From assembly GCA_038064495.1 (NCBI GenBank), contig JBBTSZ010000002.1, positions 280,934 to 344,933 of the forward strand: a stretch of DNA of 64,000 nt, written 5' to 3'. Of this stretch, positions 40,255 through 50,422 are shown in pieces; position 1 is the first letter of the stretch, and the number at the start of each line of letters is the position of its first letter. A model generated the notes under the pieces. It worked only from the letters and a program-made list of their open reading frames with translations, did not search any database and had not been told where the DNA came from. This DNA is from Patescibacteria group bacterium (GTDB lineage Bacteria; Patescibacteriota; Minisyncoccia; Phycocordibacterales; Phycocordibacteraceae). The translations under genes were made by a program, and so were the position numbers.

Positions 40255-40656
40255 ATGAAGGCTCCGAGCATCGTATTGATTGTTGAAGACGAAGCGTCAC
40301 TGCGCCGAGCGCTCTGCGACAAATTTGCGCGTGAAGGCTTTACGGTGTTTGAAGCGAAAGATGGAGAAGTGGGTCTTACGCTCGCCCTCAAGGAAGAACC
40401 GAATGTCATCTTGCTTGATATGATGATGCCGAAGGTAGATGGCATCACCATGCTACATCAGCTGCGACTTGCAAATGAATGGGGCAGACTCGTTCCCGTC
40501 CTGCTCCTTACCAATGTGAGCAGCGACGACAAACGAATGTTGCGAGAGGTACAGGAAGACGGTTCAGCACACTATTTAGTAAAGTCGGACTGGCCTATTA
40601 CCAGACTGGTGGAGCGAGTGAGGGAGGCACTTCGTGAGACTCAAAACAGCATCTAG
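40255..40656 (+). CDS. Stand-alone response regulator receiver
   Basis: IVEDE, LLDMMMP, LTN, YLVK. Confidence 0.9.
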   Translation: MKAPSIVLIVEDEASLRRALCDKFAREGFTVFEAKDGEVGLTLALKEEPNVILLDMMMPKVDGITMLHQLRLANEWGRLVPVLLLTNVSSDDKRMLREVQEDGSAHYLVKSDWPITRLVERVREALRETQNSI

Positions 40657-40820
40657 CCCTTATAAATCTCCCATCTAAGCGCTACAAGGCGCTTTTTATA
40701 TATAAAACGCGAGAAAACCTAGTAAATACTTGATTTCTTTATCCCCAGCGATAAGGGACACAAGTAACAGGCCAGAAACACAGCCGATATACTGGAGGCA
40801 AGGTAACTATTACATTCTTT

Positions 40821-43800
40821 ATGAACTCATCTTGGCTCGAGCGTATTGGACGAAGCATATTCGTCTCTGTACTTTTACTATCCGTCATACTTAGTGGCTT
40901 TCCTGAAGTGCAGGTGCAAGCTGCAACCACTTCGCTGGCGGCTGCAAGCCAGTCAACCGTACTCACGGTTGGTGCCACATCGGGAGATGTCGGTGTCTTC
41001 CAGGCAGTATTGCAGAAGCTCGGGTATCTCAACTCTACTCCAACTGGCTACTACGGCACTCAGACCAAAGCAGCTGTTGCAATATTCCAAAAATTTAATC
41101 GCCTCCCTGTTACTGGTTCGGTGGATGACCGTACCCGTTACTATCTTGGACAAGCAATTGCGCAGCTAGGCGTTAAAGCACCAGTACTTACAACGACGTC
41201 GTCTGTACCCGCGAAAATCAGAACAACCTTACCGCCTACACCAGTAACAACTCCTGTTGCAACAGCACCAAGTACAACGACACTTAAGGTTCGCTCTACA
41301 GGCGGGAAGGTTACGGAAGTACAGAAGTCTCTGAACACCCTCGGACTTCTTGCTGTTGAACCAACTGGATATTTTGGAACTCTAACAGAAGCTGCTGTTA
41401 AAAAGTTTCAAACCAATAATTTGTTGCCTGTCACTGGACAAGTAGATACAACAACTAATCAAATACTCACAACTACTGCCAGCACCGTTCCTCTTGCCGA
41501 CAGCACAACCAAAACGACTACAACGACTACCGTAAAGACGGCTCCTGCCAAAACGCCTCCGCCAGCACCTGCTGATACAACACTAACGTTTAGTTCCTCC
41601 GATTCTTCTGTTGTCGTTGGTACGTCGTACACACTCAGATGGAGTTCACAACATGCCGAAAGTTGTACTGCTTCCGGAGAGTGGTCGGGTACGTTTTCAA
41701 CAAAAGGAAGTAAGACCTTTACACCGACAACAGAAGGGACAAGAACCTACATACTCACCTGCTACGGAAAGTCAGGCTCGGTAGTAGGGAGTCAAACCGT
41801 TGTTGTAACTGCAAACACTGACCCCGTTGTAGCGCCCCCACCAGCTCCAGCACCGTCACTCACGTTCACGGCAACTCCGACGACAGTTACATCAGGTGGT
41901 AGTACTACACTTACGTGGACTACGAAAGATGCAACCAGCTGCACAGGAACAGGAGATGGGATTACCGGTACTCAGCCAACGAGTAAAACCGTGACCGTGT
42001 CTAACATCACCTCTGACCGAACTTTCTCTCTCTCCTGTACCGGTGCGGGTGGCACGGTCGCAAAGTCACTCACCGTAACCGTTACTGAACCAACACCTGT
42101 GCCGACCGTTGCACCAACGCTTATCTTTAGCGCAAGCGCAACTTCAGTTTTCTCGGGCGGAAATGTCACCCTCACCTGGTCCACCACAAACGCAACAAGC
42201 TGTACCGGTACAGGCCAAGGCATTGTCGGTACTCAGCCTACGAGTAAGTCAGTATCAGTATCAAACATCACCTCTAACCAAACCTACAGTCTCACCTGTA
42301 CGGGAGCAGGAGGCAGTATTACCAAATCCATAACTGTTGTGGTCACGGGACCAGCACCACTTACCGGTGTCGTGTCTGAAGGAGACTCCATCTCTGTTTT
42401 TTGGAGTGGGAACCACACGGGTATCTACGCTGCCGCAAATCCAACTGTTCCCTTCAAGGGACTTGCAGTGGGTGGTTCAGGCATTGGTACTCTCACAGCA
42501 CGCCAGCAGGCAGTACTTGATGCGAAGCCAAAAGTATTCACTGTATTTATTGGTGCCAATGACTTAACGAGTTACTCTTCTGCAACAGCCTTTACTAACG
42601 CTCTCTTCTCATATGTTGCAACGATTAAGGCAACCGGTGCAAAAGTTGCGGTAGCCACCATACTGCCGCAACAAATCGCAAATGCGTCGGCAAATAATGC
42701 CTTGCATAATACTCGTCGAGTAGAGGCAAACAACATTATCCGAGCAGCTGTTGGCGGAAAAATAGATGGGGTCATTGACTTCGCAGCTGACCCAACAATG
42801 GGACCTGATTCAGCGGCAGCTAATACAACCTTGTATTACGATGGTCTTCATCCAACTGATGGAAATAGTGCCGGTACAGGAGGTCAAAATAAACTTGCGC
42901 TTGTGTATGGACCAGTCGTAAACGCACTTCTTAACGGGACTCCAGTACCAACACCTTCCCCGTACATCACACCAACGCTGACCTTCACTGCAAGCGCATC
43001 GTCAGTTACTTCAGGAGGAAGTGTTGACCTTACCTGGTCCACCACAAACGCAACAAGCTGTACCGGTACAGGCCAAGGTATTGCTGGCATGCAGTCAACG
43101 AGCAAGACAACGACAGTATCAAACATCACCTCTAACCAAACCTTCAGTCTCACCTGTACGGGTGCTGGTGGAAGCGTTACAAAATCTGTGAGTGTAACAG
43201 TTCTTGCTCCACAGCCCTCTCCGTCAACTATCCCTGCATCTATTCCAAGCAATTTTGACATCAACTCAGAACTCGTTCCGTCATGGGGAACGGGAGCTAT
43301 ACCCGCAAGTGCAGCCCCTGATGTTGTTGGTGCCTTCCGCTTTATCTGTAACGCAAGCCATGAATCATTCGATGACCCTATTGTCTATCCGGGACAACCA
43401 GGCAAATCACACTTACATGAGTTCTTTGGCAACACACTAACGAATGCAAACTCTACCTATCAGAGTCTTCGTACAACGGGAAATAGCACCTGTAACAGTC
43501 CACTTAACCGTTCAGGATATTGGATTCCAGCGATGATTAATGGGGCCGGGCAAGTAGTACGTCCAGACTACGTCTCTATCTACTACAAGCGCCGTCCAGA
43601 TACCGATCCTCTCTGCACCAAGATTGGGAAATCGTGTGTTGACTTGCCTCGTGGACTTAGATTCGTGTTCGGAGCAAACCTAGTCAGTGCAACACCAACC
43701 ACAGGAGGAGGATATTTTAACTGCACGGGTCCTACCGCAACTTCCGGGCATTATAAAGACATCGCTACCGCAGCAAAGAATTGTCCTGCGGGAAATCAAA

Positions 43801-44459
43801 TTGGGGCAATCATATCTGCTCCAGAATGTTGGGATGGTGTAAATCTAGACAGTGCAGACCACCGTAGTCATGTAGCCTACTCTCAGTACATTGGTCAGTC
43901 GTATGCCCAGTGTCCGTCAACTCACCCGTACGTCATTCCGACCTTCACACTTGGCGCATGGTATACCGTGGACAGTACGCTTGATCGCTCAGGAACGTGG
44001 AATCCTGCAACGCCAACCTGGCACCTCTCTTCTGACGGTATGCCGAACGCCACGAAGAATCCTGGTTCAACGCTCCACTCTGATTGGTTTGGAGCATGGG
44101 ACGATACGGTAAAGGCCATGTGGGAACAAAACTGCGTGAACAAACTTCTGAACTGTTCTGGAGGTGATCTTGGAAACGGTAAGCAGCTGAAAATGTTCAA
44201 GGGCTTCAGTTGGACAGCCAATCCACGTACGGTGCCGATACCCGCTGGAGGTCCGATGGCATATATTCCTAATCACGATTTCAAGATTGGAACGAAGGGG
44301 CCAAGTGTAACCGCTCTTCAGAACCTCCTCAAGAATCTTGGTTTCTTCAAAGAGCAGGCAACGGGATACTTTGGAACACTCACGCAAGCTGCACTCAAGT
44401 CCTACCAGAGTAGTTTGGCAGGTGTCGGAGCAGCAGGTACGGAGCACGACCACCAGTAA
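40821..44459 (+). CDS. Secreted multidomain surface protein: PG-binding x3, Ig-like repeats x4, SGNH hydrolase, DUF1996
   Basis: TGYYG/FGTLT..AV..FQ repeats; LTW..NATSC..LTCTGAGG repeats; GDS/GANDL/DGLHP; DPIVYPGQPGKSHLHEFFGN. Confidence 0.85.
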   Translation: MNSSWLERIGRSIFVSVLLLSVILSGFPEVQVQAATTSLAAASQSTVLTVGATSGDVGVFQAVLQKLGYLNSTPTGYYGTQTKAAVAIFQKFNRLPVTGSVDDRTRYYLGQAIAQLGVKAPVLTTTSSVPAKIRTTLPPTPVTTPVATAPSTTTLKVRSTGGKVTEVQKSLNTLGLLAVEPTGYFGTLTEAAVKKFQTNNLLPVTGQVDTTTNQILTTTASTVPLADSTTKTTTTTTVKTAPAKTPPPAPADTTLTFSSSDSSVVVGTSYTLRWSSQHAESCTASGEWSGTFSTKGSKTFTPTTEGTRTYILTCYGKSGSVVGSQTVVVTANTDPVVAPPPAPAPSLTFTATPTTVTSGGSTTLTWTTKDATSCTGTGDGITGTQPTSKTVTVSNITSDRTFSLSCTGAGGTVAKSLTVTVTEPTPVPTVAPTLIFSASATSVFSGGNVTLTWSTTNATSCTGTGQGIVGTQPTSKSVSVSNITSNQTYSLTCTGAGGSITKSITVVVTGPAPLTGVVSEGDSISVFWSGNHTGIYAAANPTVPFKGLAVGGSGIGTLTARQQAVLDAKPKVFTVFIGANDLTSYSSATAFTNALFSYVATIKATGAKVAVATILPQQIANASANNALHNTRRVEANNIIRAAVGGKIDGVIDFAADPTMGPDSAAANTTLYYDGLHPTDGNSAGTGGQNKLALVYGPVVNALLNGTPVPTPSPYITPTLTFTASASSVTSGGSVDLTWSTTNATSCTGTGQGIAGMQSTSKTTTVSNITSNQTFSLTCTGAGGSVTKSVSVTVLAPQPSPSTIPASIPSNFDINSELVPSWGTGAIPASAAPDVVGAFRFICNASHESFDDPIVYPGQPGKSHLHEFFGNTLTNANSTYQSLRTTGNSTCNSPLNRSGYWIPAMINGAGQVVRPDYVSIYYKRRPDTDPLCTKIGKSCVDLPRGLRFVFGANLVSATPTTGGGYFNCTGPTATSGHYKDIATAAKNCPAGNQIGAIISAPECWDGVNLDSADHRSHVAYSQYIGQSYAQCPSTHPYVIPTFTLGAWYTVDSTLDRSGTWNPATPTWHLSSDGMPNATKNPGSTLHSDWFGAWDDTVKAMWEQNCVNKLLNCSGGDLGNGKQLKMFKGFSWTANPRTVPIPAGGPMAYIPNHDFKIGTKGPSVTALQNLLKNLGFFKEQATGYFGTLTQAALKSYQSSLAGVGAAGTEHDHQ

Positions 44460-44471
44460 AAGAAGGAGTTC

Positions 44472-44509
44472 AAACAAAAACACCACTGACTTCAGTGGTG
44501 TTTTTGTTT
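44472..44509. terminator. Terminator hairpin
   Basis: aaacaaaaacaccactga / tcagtggtgtttttgttt. Confidence 0.8.
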
Positions 44510-44535
44510 AGCTGGTACCTCGCTATACTACGTAT

Positions 44536-45015
44536 ATGAAAACTAACCTATGGATTCCGTACTTGGTATGTGTAGTCGCATCACTTCTTGCGGGAGGTAT
44601 CGGCTCCTACTTCACGTTTGAAGCGATTAGTACTTGGTACATGGGACTCACGCTTCCTTCATGGACTCCACCCAATTGGGTATTCGGTCCCGTATGGACC
44701 ACTCTGTACGTGTTGATGGGTGTTTCAGCGGGCTTAGTGTGGAAAAGCACACGTGCGGATAAAAAATGGGCACTCTACCTTTTCTTCTTTCATCTCCTTG
44801 TGAACGCAGCGTGGTCTATTGTGTTCTTTGGTCTTCGCGACCCCGTTTCTGCACTCCTTATTATCAAAGCACTATGGCTTTTGATAGTTGCACTCATGAT
44901 TCTTTTCTGGAAATATTCAAAGCTTGCTACGTATCTTCTGATTCCGTACTTAGTCTGGGTCTCCTATGCCACCTCACTCAATCTTGGTGTTATTCTGTTA
45001 AATCCCCTTATATGA
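44536..45015 (+). CDS. tspO: TspO/MBR tryptophan-rich sensory protein
   Basis: WY..L..PSWTPPNWVFGPVWTTLY, PYLVWVSYA. Confidence 0.93.
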   Translation: MKTNLWIPYLVCVVASLLAGGIGSYFTFEAISTWYMGLTLPSWTPPNWVFGPVWTTLYVLMGVSAGLVWKSTRADKKWALYLFFFHLLVNAAWSIVFFGLRDPVSALLIIKALWLLIVALMILFWKYSKLATYLLIPYLVWVSYATSLNLGVILLNPLI

Positions 45016-45419
45016 AAGATATTCTTAAATTGTTTAGTCTCGCACTTCCGATTATGGTAGCTCTGGACCTCTCTTGGGTAAGTGTCATTGCTGCTAGCTT
45101 CTACCATGCAAACTTAGGACCCCTGCTTGCTCCAGTCCCGCACTACGGCGCTATCGTTTTGTTCTATATTTTCTACACCCTCGTGCTTATCTACTTTGCA
45201 CTACGTCCGGCACTTATTGAGCGGTCGCTTCCTCGCGCCATGATAAATGCAGCCGTACTTGGGTTCGGAGCCTATATGACCATTGACCTCACAAACTACG
45301 CACTCATCGCTGGCTGGCCTCTCACCCTTGCCGTAGTTGATATAGCATGGGGCATTATCCTTACAAGTCTCACCGCAGGTCTCACCTATCTCGTCGCTAC
45401 GAAAATCTTTACGCTCTAG
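45012..45419 (+). CDS. DUF2177 membrane protein
   Basis: LDLSW, AYMTIDLTNYA, VDIAWG. Confidence 0.85.
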   Translation: MKDILKLFSLALPIMVALDLSWVSVIAASFYHANLGPLLAPVPHYGAIVLFYIFYTLVLIYFALRPALIERSLPRAMINAAVLGFGAYMTIDLTNYALIAGWPLTLAVVDIAWGIILTSLTAGLTYLVATKIFTL

Positions 45420-45449
45420 TCTGACAACGTATTTGGTGCATTTTTCTTT

Positions 45450-45492
45450 ATAATAAACACTTATTGACACATAGTCAATAAGTGTTTATTAT
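45450..45492. promoter_or_regulatory. Perfect 19-bp inverted repeat overlapping a TTGACA-17-TATTAT promoter
   Basis: ataataaacacttattgac-acata-gtcaataagtgtttattat. Confidence 0.75.
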
Positions 45493-45547
45493 CTAAATTA
45501 GATCCCCGCACATTGAAATGTTGCTTGGTTCTGGAAAGGAAACACCC

Positions 45548-45766
45548 ATGTTCATCAGATATCTAGAAGTACTGCTGGCAGTGCTCGTCATTGTCATCGT
45601 TATTTCACAGGTGATAGCTCCCCTCTGGCGGAACCAGCCGATTTTCCCGTTCTTTGGACGGAAAAGGAAACTTGAGCGAGAGCTCACGCAGGTGCACGGC
45701 GAACAGGCAGAGCAAGCTCTTGAAAAGGTAATCAAATCTGAACGCCGCAATGGCCGGAAGAACTAG
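45548..45766 (+). CDS. Small TM plus coiled-coil protein
   Basis: AAGGA SD; precedes SPFH gene. Confidence 0.65.
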   Translation: MFIRYLEVLLAVLVIVIVISQVIAPLWRNQPIFPFFGRKRKLERELTQVHGEQAEQALEKVIKSERRNGRKN

Positions 45767-45786
45767 CTTCAGAAAGGAAGCAACAT

Positions 45787-46986
45787 ATGGAACGCGAAGG
45801 TGTAATGGGCTTGGTCCCGAGAAGAATGGGTGCAATTATTGTCGCGGTCGTCGTTGGCCTGCTGCTCTTATTGAGCGTTGGGAAACTTTTCGAAAACGTC
45901 GATGCAGACGAAATAGTTGTTATTCAATCTGTTACCGGCGACCTCGATTGGTACATCACTCCTGGCCCGAAATGGCAAGGGCTTGGCAAGGTCACGAGCT
46001 ACAAAAAACGTTCGATTTATGAATTCGAATCCAAGATTCGATTCAATGACGGCGCGCACGCTCAAATGAAGGGAAGTATTCAATACGAACTTCCTCTCGA
46101 CGCAAAAAGGCTTACCGCGCTTCATACGCGCTTTGGAAGCCAGGAAGCACTTTCTGGGCAGCTTGTTCAGAAGATTGTCGACAAGGCCATATACATGACC
46201 GGTCCACTGATGTCGAGCCAAGAAAGTTACGCTGAAAAGCGCAACGACCTCATATCAGCGGTTGAGGACCAGGTTGCCAACGGCGTGTATCGCACCCTTC
46301 AACGCGACGTCATGACGAAAGATCCGCTCACGGGGGCTGAAAAAACAGTCACCGTGGTTGAAATCGCCGTCGCCAAAGATGGTCGACCAAGTCGCCAAGA
46401 AGCTGCTGTGTTGTCGGAGTTTGCCGTCAAGCCTTTCAATTTCAGCATTGCGTCGCTTGACTACGACAAGCCGGTTGAAGCTCAAATCAATACGCAACAA
46501 CGTGCGCGCGGCGCTGTGCAAACAGCAATTGCCAACGCACGTATGGCGGAGCAGGACGCTGTTACTGCAACGAAACGTGGTGAAGCCATGGTGGCAACAG
46601 CTCGAGCAAAGCAGGAGGCAGTGAAGGCTGCAGCAGTTACTGACGCTGAACGGGAACGTGACGTCGCGCGCCTCCAGTCGGAAGCGGCTGGTTTTGCAAA
46701 ACAGCGTGATATTCTGCTCGGTGAAGGTGAAGGTGCTCGTCGTCGGCTTGTCATGCAGGCAGACGGCGCACTTACGCAGAAACTCGCGACCTATGAAAAG
46801 GTCAGCAAGATGTATGCGGATGCCATCGCGAACTATCGTGGCGCCTGGGTGCCGAACATGGTCTTTGGTCAACAGGGCGGAACCACAAATGGTGGAACGG
46901 CTTTGATGGAACTGTTGACAGTGAAGACCGCTCGCGATCTCTCACTCGATATGGGCACTCCACGGGGCTCACAAACCAAGAAGTAG
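45787..46986 (+). CDS. SPFH/Band 7 family protein
   Basis: N-terminal TM, VDADEIVVIQ, IRFNDG, Ala/Glu coiled coil. Confidence 0.8.
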   Translation: MEREGVMGLVPRRMGAIIVAVVVGLLLLLSVGKLFENVDADEIVVIQSVTGDLDWYITPGPKWQGLGKVTSYKKRSIYEFESKIRFNDGAHAQMKGSIQYELPLDAKRLTALHTRFGSQEALSGQLVQKIVDKAIYMTGPLMSSQESYAEKRNDLISAVEDQVANGVYRTLQRDVMTKDPLTGAEKTVTVVEIAVAKDGRPSRQEAAVLSEFAVKPFNFSIASLDYDKPVEAQINTQQRARGAVQTAIANARMAEQDAVTATKRGEAMVATARAKQEAVKAAAVTDAERERDVARLQSEAAGFAKQRDILLGEGEGARRRLVMQADGALTQKLATYEKVSKMYADAIANYRGAWVPNMVFGQQGGTTNGGTALMELLTVKTARDLSLDMGTPRGSQTKK

Positions 46987-47009
46987 AGTCCAGACGAGCA
47001 ACACAACTC

Positions 47010-47040
47010 ATGGGCCGTCCTAAAAGGACGGCCCATTTTA
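47010..47040 (+). terminator. Intrinsic terminator
   Basis: atgggccgtcct-aaa-aggacggcccat plus T-tract. Confidence 0.8.
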
Positions 47041-47041
47041 T

Positions 47042-48109
47042 TTATTTGCCGCGTCCGTAGTATTTCTTAAGCGTTTTTACGTGTTCTGCATAGGTAGCTG
47101 AGCAGTGGAATTCACCGTTCTTATCATGGAAGTAAAAAATACAGTCGGTTTGCTTCGGGTTGAGTGCTGCAATGACGGCTGCCACTGACGGATTTGCAAT
47201 CGGCGTAGGGGGAAGTCCTGGATGCGCGTACGTGTTGTAGGCAGACTTAATATATTTATCCTTAGGTACCACCGGTGGCCACCACGCACTCTTGGTCGTT
47301 TGTGCCTTTGCGTATTGAAGTGTCGCGTCAATTTGGAGATTCATATTAGTGAAAATACGATTCCAGATGATGCCTGAAATCATGCGCATATCGTCAGTAC
47401 CGCCAGTCTCACGTTCAATCAACGAAGCAATAGTTAGGGCGTCATTCAGCGGAACCTGTTCGGCTGTAGAGGTACTGTAGCGGTCAAGAATCTCTGAGGT
47501 AAAACGCTCATGCAGGACATTCTGCACTTCAGTCGGAGAGGCTGCTCCGTGCACTTCATAGGTTCCTGGCACAAATTCACCTTCGGTAAGGGTTGGTGGT
47601 TTTGACTTTACTTGAGCGACAAATACCTTGCGCTGACCGTTATTCCATCCAAGCGCGTTACCAAAGACTTGAGCGACCTCTTCTTGGCGGTAGCCTGGAC
47701 GTATGGTTACGAATTGCACATCCGTGCCAGCAAGGAGTTTATAGATAGGAAGGCCAGCGACAAAGGATGCAAGCTCTGAAAAAAGACTGGTAGCAAGTTC
47801 AACAGCGGCCGCACTCTTGGATGATTGTCCAAGACTCAAAAGGTCGTCAACGCTTGCGTTTTCAGTAATGACTTTACGGGAAGGATCTACCGAGACAGGA
47901 AAAGGTACTTTTGAACCAGCTGAAGCTTGCTGTTCTTTAATATCAAGTGAAAGGATGGATGGAAGAGAAAAGAGCGCGAGTGCAAGCACCAGCGAGGTGC
48001 CTATTATAGGAGCAATGGTACGCACCGAAGAGCCGACAGTTTTCTTCGGCTTTCCTTTATATGGACCAAAGTTGCGTGGTATCAGGGTCCTTCCTGTTGG
48101 GCCCGGCAT
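47042..48109 (-). CDS. mltG: Endolytic transglycosylase MltG
   Basis: IASLIERE, NR..MNLQIDAT, YNTY..PGLPPTPIANP. Confidence 0.92.
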   Translation of the reverse strand: MPGPTGRTLIPRNFGPYKGKPKKTVGSSVRTIAPIIGTSLVLALALFSLPSILSLDIKEQQASAGSKVPFPVSVDPSRKVITENASVDDLLSLGQSSKSAAAVELATSLFSELASFVAGLPIYKLLAGTDVQFVTIRPGYRQEEVAQVFGNALGWNNGQRKVFVAQVKSKPPTLTEGEFVPGTYEVHGAASPTEVQNVLHERFTSEILDRYSTSTAEQVPLNDALTIASLIERETGGTDDMRMISGIIWNRIFTNMNLQIDATLQYAKAQTTKSAWWPPVVPKDKYIKSAYNTYAHPGLPPTPIANPSVAAVIAALNPKQTDCIFYFHDKNGEFHCSATYAEHVKTLKKYYGRGK

Positions 48110-48229
48110 GTAGAAATTGTAGCAAGTACGAGCGAGATGTCACTTGGTGTGTCGTGAGTAAGAAATATGCACCACTATAAACTCTGTAAGGGTAGACAGG
48201 TGAGTCTATCCAGTGCTACGGTGCGGGGA

Positions 48230-48775
48230 GTGAAAGCATCTCCACAAAAAACGACCGTTGAGCGGGCTGTAGAAAACATTGGCTCCGTAACTTCACTCGT
48301 ACTGCATACGATTCTTTTTATTGTTGCCTTTACTCTGCCCCTTGCCGGACTCGTACCGTGGGAAATCATGCTCTTGGTGCTCACGACGGTGGTATCTCTG
48401 GAAGCTATCTATCTTGCGCTGTTCATTCAAATCACCGTAAACCGCAACACCGCTCAGCTGCGAGAAGTGGAAGAGGACATTGATGAGATTCAAGAGGACG
48501 TCGAGGAGCTCGGCGAGGATGTGGAAGACATTCAGGAAGACATTGAAGAAATCTCTGAAGATATTGATGAGATTCAAGAGGACGTTGAAGAAATGTCTGA
48601 CGAGGAACGCGAAGAGGCGGAAGGCGAGCGCCGTATCAAGGCAGAAAAAGTAACGGCTGAACGAAAAGAGCGCAGAGAGAAGAAAGCCTTTGACGAGGCA
48701 AAGACTCTTGAACAGTTGAGCAAAGACGTCCAACGCGTATTACGTGACCTTGAAGAGTTACGTAAGGGCAAGTAA
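48230..48775 (+). CDS. DUF1003-like two-TM protein with acidic heptad repeat
   Basis: LTTVVSLEAIYLALFIQ; (EDIDEIQ/EDVEELG)n. Confidence 0.75.
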   Translation: MKASPQKTTVERAVENIGSVTSLVLHTILFIVAFTLPLAGLVPWEIMLLVLTTVVSLEAIYLALFIQITVNRNTAQLREVEEDIDEIQEDVEELGEDVEDIQEDIEEISEDIDEIQEDVEEMSDEEREEAEGERRIKAEKVTAERKERREKKAFDEAKTLEQLSKDVQRVLRDLEELRKGK

Positions 48776-48789
48776 ACTTACTCAGCTTC

Positions 48790-48860
48790 GGGCCTATAGT
48801 GAAGTGGTATCACGCATCCATGGCATGGATGAAGTCGGAGTTCGATTCTCCGTAGGTCCA
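48790..48860 (+). tRNA. tRNA-Ala(GGC), CCA not encoded
   Basis: G3:U70, anticodon loop atggcat with A32-U38, T-loop ttcgatt. Confidence 0.95.
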
Positions 48861-48898
48861 CAGAATAATCTGTCACACTGTACTCAATCCAAAGACAT

Positions 48899-49390
48899 AT
48901 GGAATCATTAAAACCAGAAAGGAAACCAGAGCTGTTTGAGAAAATCGACCGTAAAGCACCAGCACTTATGGGAGCGCTTGCCAGTGCTCCTGTGTTTAAA
49001 AAACACGGTCAGGTACATGCTCGGCGGGCAGTTGTTGGAGAATCCATCATCACGACTCTTGAAAGTGGTATCAAGGAGACTGAGAATACTGCGCAGGAAG
49101 GTGATTGGATCATCACTAACCCTGATGGCGAGGAATACATCATTTCTGAAAACAAGTTCAACAGTCGCTATGAACCAACGAATGAGGATGGTCTCTATGA
49201 GGCCAAGGGTTCCTGCCGCGCTATTGTTAACCCGTTCGGCAAGCCAATTGAGATTATGGCTTCGTGGGGGTCGCCACAGACAGGCGGTTCCGATTGTATG
49301 ATTGCAGACACCTGCGACGACGACGGCTCTAACATGAATGGTGAACCTTATATAATCGACGCTGATGCATTTGCGAAAACGTACCAGTAA
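48899..49390 (+). CDS. PGDYG-like hypothetical protein
   Basis: ITTLE..EGDWIITNPDGEEYII..F..RY, pattern repeated at the C-terminus. Confidence 0.65.
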   Translation: MESLKPERKPELFEKIDRKAPALMGALASAPVFKKHGQVHARRAVVGESIITTLESGIKETENTAQEGDWIITNPDGEEYIISENKFNSRYEPTNEDGLYEAKGSCRAIVNPFGKPIEIMASWGSPQTGGSDCMIADTCDDDGSNMNGEPYIIDADAFAKTYQ

Positions 49391-49447
49391 GACCTGTGTC
49401 TAATAATGTAAAACACCTCCACTCGGAGGTGTTTTGCTTTGTATATC

Positions 49448-49648
49448 TTACGAACGGTGAACGTTGATGGCGTACGGACCTTTCTTGCTTTCGGTCACGT
49501 CAAATTTGACCTTGTCGCCAGCCTTAAGCTCACCAAAGGTGACACCTTCAAGTGCATCAGAATGGAAGAAAAGCGTATCCTTTACGCCGACGAGCTTGAT
49601 AAGACCTGAATTGCGCTCACCAAGTTCAACAATCTTGCCCTGTTTCAT
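49448..49648 (-). CDS. Divergent cold-shock domain protein
   Basis: LFFH, LKAGDKVKFDV..KKGPYAINV; RNP1 degenerate. Confidence 0.8.
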   Translation of the reverse strand: MKQGKIVELGERNSGLIKLVGVKDTLFFHSDALEGVTFGELKAGDKVKFDVTESKKGPYAINVHRS

Positions 49649-49735
49649 TACTGCCAATCTACCATGTTTAGGAAATAGTGTCAAAACAGTATACAAAAAG
49701 GGCCGCTACCGAAGTAGCGACCCTCACGGATAAGG

Positions 49736-50230
49736 TCAGAGCATCTTGGTAAAAACTGTGCCCTGAGATTCCTCAAATCCGACTTTTCGATACAATTCAC
49801 GAGCCGGAAGTCGTTCGCGCCCGCAAACAAGTTCAGCCCACTCGGCATGGTGTGCTTTCGCAAGTGAAAGAACATAACGCATAAGACGCTCACCTTCACC
49901 TTGCTCGCGATACTCCTTGAGAATCACGACGTTATCAATACGTGCCTCCACGCCGTGGAATGTTCGCAGAATGGCAACGGTTGCCATGCCAACCAGTCTT
50001 CCCGTTTCAGGCTCAAACAAGCCAACGGTGTGCGAGTGCTTTTGTTTCAGAGTGTCAAACACGTCTGATTTCGTGCCGGCCCATCCTTCGCGCATCAATT
50101 CATTCATCAACACGTGAATCTCTCGATGTATATGAGTAATCCACGAATGGTTACTTTCGAACTGAACCATTCTGAGTTGAAGTGTTGTGGCACGAGCTTT
50201 TCGGGCTGCTCCAGTTTCGTATCTACTCAC
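49736..50230 (-). CDS. GNAT family acetyltransferase
   Basis: IDNVVILKEYREQGEG, ARELYRKVGF; GAGGAG SD before GTG 50230. Confidence 0.85.
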   Translation of the reverse strand: MSRYETGAARKARATTLQLRMVQFESNHSWITHIHREIHVLMNELMREGWAGTKSDVFDTLKQKHSHTVGLFEPETGRLVGMATVAILRTFHGVEARIDNVVILKEYREQGEGERLMRYVLSLAKAHHAEWAELVCGRERLPARELYRKVGFEESQGTVFTKML

Positions 50231-50422
50231 TCTTTGCTCCTCTGTAATGTGCAATAAGAAAGAGCGTTTCCGCTCGTGACGAAATACTACCACACCGCCA
50301 CACGTATTGGCCAGAGCGTCAAGCTACAAGTCCAAATAGCCCTATGAGTTGGTGGATAGTCATCTCTTTGCTAACATAGCTAGTATGAACGGGGTATCGG
50401 CCCAAACGGGTCTTTTTTACGT

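Noticed and set aside
42174-43160. Near-identical repeats as a DGR template/variable pair
   Set aside because: Differences are not adenine-specific, both copies are coding Ig-like domains, and no RT is present
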